A stretch of 64,000 nucleotides of DNA, filler included, from Sphacelaria rigidula (Eukaryota): assembly GCA_964200075.2 (NCBI GenBank). It is 9 parts of 9 records of this genome, joined end to end, with 100 filler letters (N's around TTAATTAATTAA, not from the genome) between each part and the next. Parts side by side here need not be neighbours in the genome. Positions count along the whole stretch, not along the records: positions 56,999 to 64,000 come from CAXNAA020017008.1; 8 more parts are not named here. One strand, written 5' to 3'. Numbering within the stretch: position 1 is the first letter of the stretch; the number at the start of each line of letters is the position of its first letter. A program made the translations under genes and the position numbers. This document shows, in pieces, positions 61,801 to 64,000 of this stretch. Below the pieces are notes generated by a model. The model ran no database searches. It had not been told where the DNA came from and worked only from the letters and a program-made list of their open reading frames with translations.

Positions 61801-64000
61801 GAGACGAAGTGGCTTCACCACTTCAGCAAGGCGCGGAAGAGACGTCCGCAGCCAATCAACCGCTTGCAGGAATTGCATCAACTCGACCGCGGTTTGAGGA
61901 CGCCTCATATTTGCCAAACCGCTCAGCCGCTCCCTGTCGTGAGCCACCTGCCCACCCGAGAGAACCTTTCCGCACCGCGTAATTTGCGTATCATAAAACA
62001 TGAACTTGTGTGCAGCCGCAAGAAGACCAGCATCCTCGAGGCGGCTTAAAGTCGCATTCAGCGTGCACAGCAAGTCATCTGCGTTTGCCCCCCACCACAA
62101 GATTTCATCTACCCACACCTTACATGGAAGTCCAGTCAATAGCTTCGTCATAGTGCCCTGAAAATACCCCGTAGCGTTGGGAGCTCCTTGAGGCACGCTC
62201 GTAGGCGTAAATAACCCGTCAGGGGTTGCAATAGTGAAGATTTCTTGGGCATCTGCCGCCAACGGCATCTGCCAGTATCCCCGCAGCATGTCTAGCTTTC
62301 CAATACAAGTAGCCCCTAACAAATCCGCCATCTCCGCTTCTTGGTTTGGCATCACAGTCGGCACTTTCTCAATCTGTTCATTAACGGCACGGTAATCACT
62401 CACCAGTCTGAAACCACCCTTATTAGGCGTTGCAACAGCCGCGCTCGCTCATACTGCCTGCAAACTGCGATACAGGAGCCCGAACACCACCAACGTCGCC
62501 ATGCAACGTGCCAACCATGCCATCTTAACCGGAGAGTATGCTCGCGGCCTAGCCTTATCCGCCGTAGCACCAGGTTTGAATGTCACCGTGAGAGGCTCGA
62601 CACGAGCGGGCGGATCACCACGTAGCGCTCGCCGAAAAGCATTCGCACGGCGGTTTACACGCTCGCTAAGCTTGCCCACGCCACTCTCGGGCATACCATT
62701 ATTGGCAGCTGCTAGTACCGCCTCCTCCAGCGCGACCTTACGCTCAGCCAGCTCATGTTCGGGGGTCATACTAATCTCCGGGCCGCGCGACACCAACCGC
62801 TCGACTGAGGGATTCACGGGCTCCTCCCAATCACATTGGTGCTTCAGAGCCTCAACCGCGATGTTGATACGTCGAAAATCCTTGAATTCGGGTGTGTCTA
62901 CACCACGCACTGAAGTGTTTCTCGCCCGCGCACATGCACTTAAACTACTGTACACGCCGATGCCAAGCTCCTTTAGCATAGGGCTCCCCATGATAATGAC
63001 ATCATCGGTACCCTGCATGACCGCATAGGAGCATGGGTCCAATACTACCGGACCCCAGCTGGTGTGCAAAGCGGTGCGGACAGGGCAAGTTTTCTGCTTC
63101 ACGCGCTCAACATTGCCATTTGCCAATTTCACCAACTGTTCACCAGCCATCGGTCTCACCACTTGAATATTTGAAAGCAATTTCGCCGCCACTCCAGCTG
63201 ACATGGTGGTAAGTCCAGACCCTGAATCTAAAATAGCCGTGACCGGACAAACACCCTTTGCCCCTGCACTCGGAACAGACAAGTCGGCAAGACACCACCT
63301 TTCCTCGTTATCTACTTGCATACCCTCAGATTGAAAACCTGATACCTCACCCGCTTTGAGCAATCTCCATGCTGGCACCGCCTCAGATTTCGAAGCCGGG
63401 TACGAGTGCGATGAGATGGTCTGCTGCACGCCACCGGTAGAAGCGACCGGTTCTGGTGGCAACGTCGCCTCCCCGCTGGGAGCACTTTGTCCGTCGGCTG
63501 AAAAGATAGCTCTTGTAGGGGCGGGACTCGTGCCCCCTCCGCGAGGCACCTGTCCAGGGCGCTGCGACAGCTGCTTTTGTTGTTGCTGCTTGTCGCCAGC
63601 CTTCGTCTGCCCACCGCCACTACGTTGTGTAGCAGCAGCTTGGCCTTGCTGCTTGCAATCCTTTCGGAAATGGCCCTTGTCTCCACATATGAAGCATCCT
63701 GCATGGTTTGGGCCTAGTTTGTGGGTTTTCCCGTAACTGGCAGTCCCATTTCCATTGCTCGCCGTTTTCCCACCATTTGGTTGGTGCTTGCTCCCGGAAG
63801 TCCCGCTGCCACTCCTTTGTTTCAGCTGCGGCTGCTGACGGCGCTGCTTATCCGCCGCTTCCACCGTCTTCCATGCCTCCGCTGCTTCCCGAGCCGTTTT
63901 ATATACAAGCCCGGGGTCCTCCTTCCACCCCCCCTTCATGTTCAACATGTTGAGGACTTTAGTTTTGAATTCGGGGGGGGGGGGGGGGGCGCAGTCCACC
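58808..64000 (-). mobile_element. Degenerate Ty3/Gypsy LTR retrotransposon: gag-PR-RT-RH-IN plus chromo-like tail; 3' LTR ~59364-58808
   Basis: Knuckle CFICGDKGHFRKDC; protease ILDSGS; RT LDMLRGYWQ..PQG..WVDE; RNaseH-like KEGYAIV..TDNRDL; integrase H..GH..CPHC, HFDF, NGTCER; polypurine tract GGGGGGACAAAGG before TGG...CCA LTR; several stops and frameshifts. Confidence 0.93.

Overview
Eukaryotic, intron-rich and transposon-rich DNA whose exon structure and repeat style suggest a brown alga or other stramenopile (inferred, not database-checked). The window is not one locus. Eight identical 100-nt N-TTAATTAATTAA-N linkers separate nine segments of 7025, 7025, 7025, 7025, 7025, 7025, 7024, 7024 and >=7002 nt, i.e. 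size-sorted unplaced contigs, so adjacency across gaps means nothing. Partial spliced genes recovered by reading exons: a multi-cold-shock-domain (CSDE1/UNR-like) gene, MUS81, an NAD(P)-binding Rossmann-fold protein, an SNM1/DCLRE1A-type beta-CASP nuclease and a kinesin-14. The strongest candidate for a new system is a gene (43226-46786, minus) fusing an MLKL-like N-terminal helical domain, a catalytically intact TKL kinase, two ubiquitin-like domains (the second exactly 76 aa, ending LRLTGG) and an uncharacterised K[P/S]VI.LYP...YLFWE domain. The rest is nested non-autonomous hAT, Harbinger and piggyBac-like elements (several with readable TIRs and TSDs), solo LTRs, two degenerate Gypsy-type retrotransposons, a ~1 kb foldback and two GC-AG introns.
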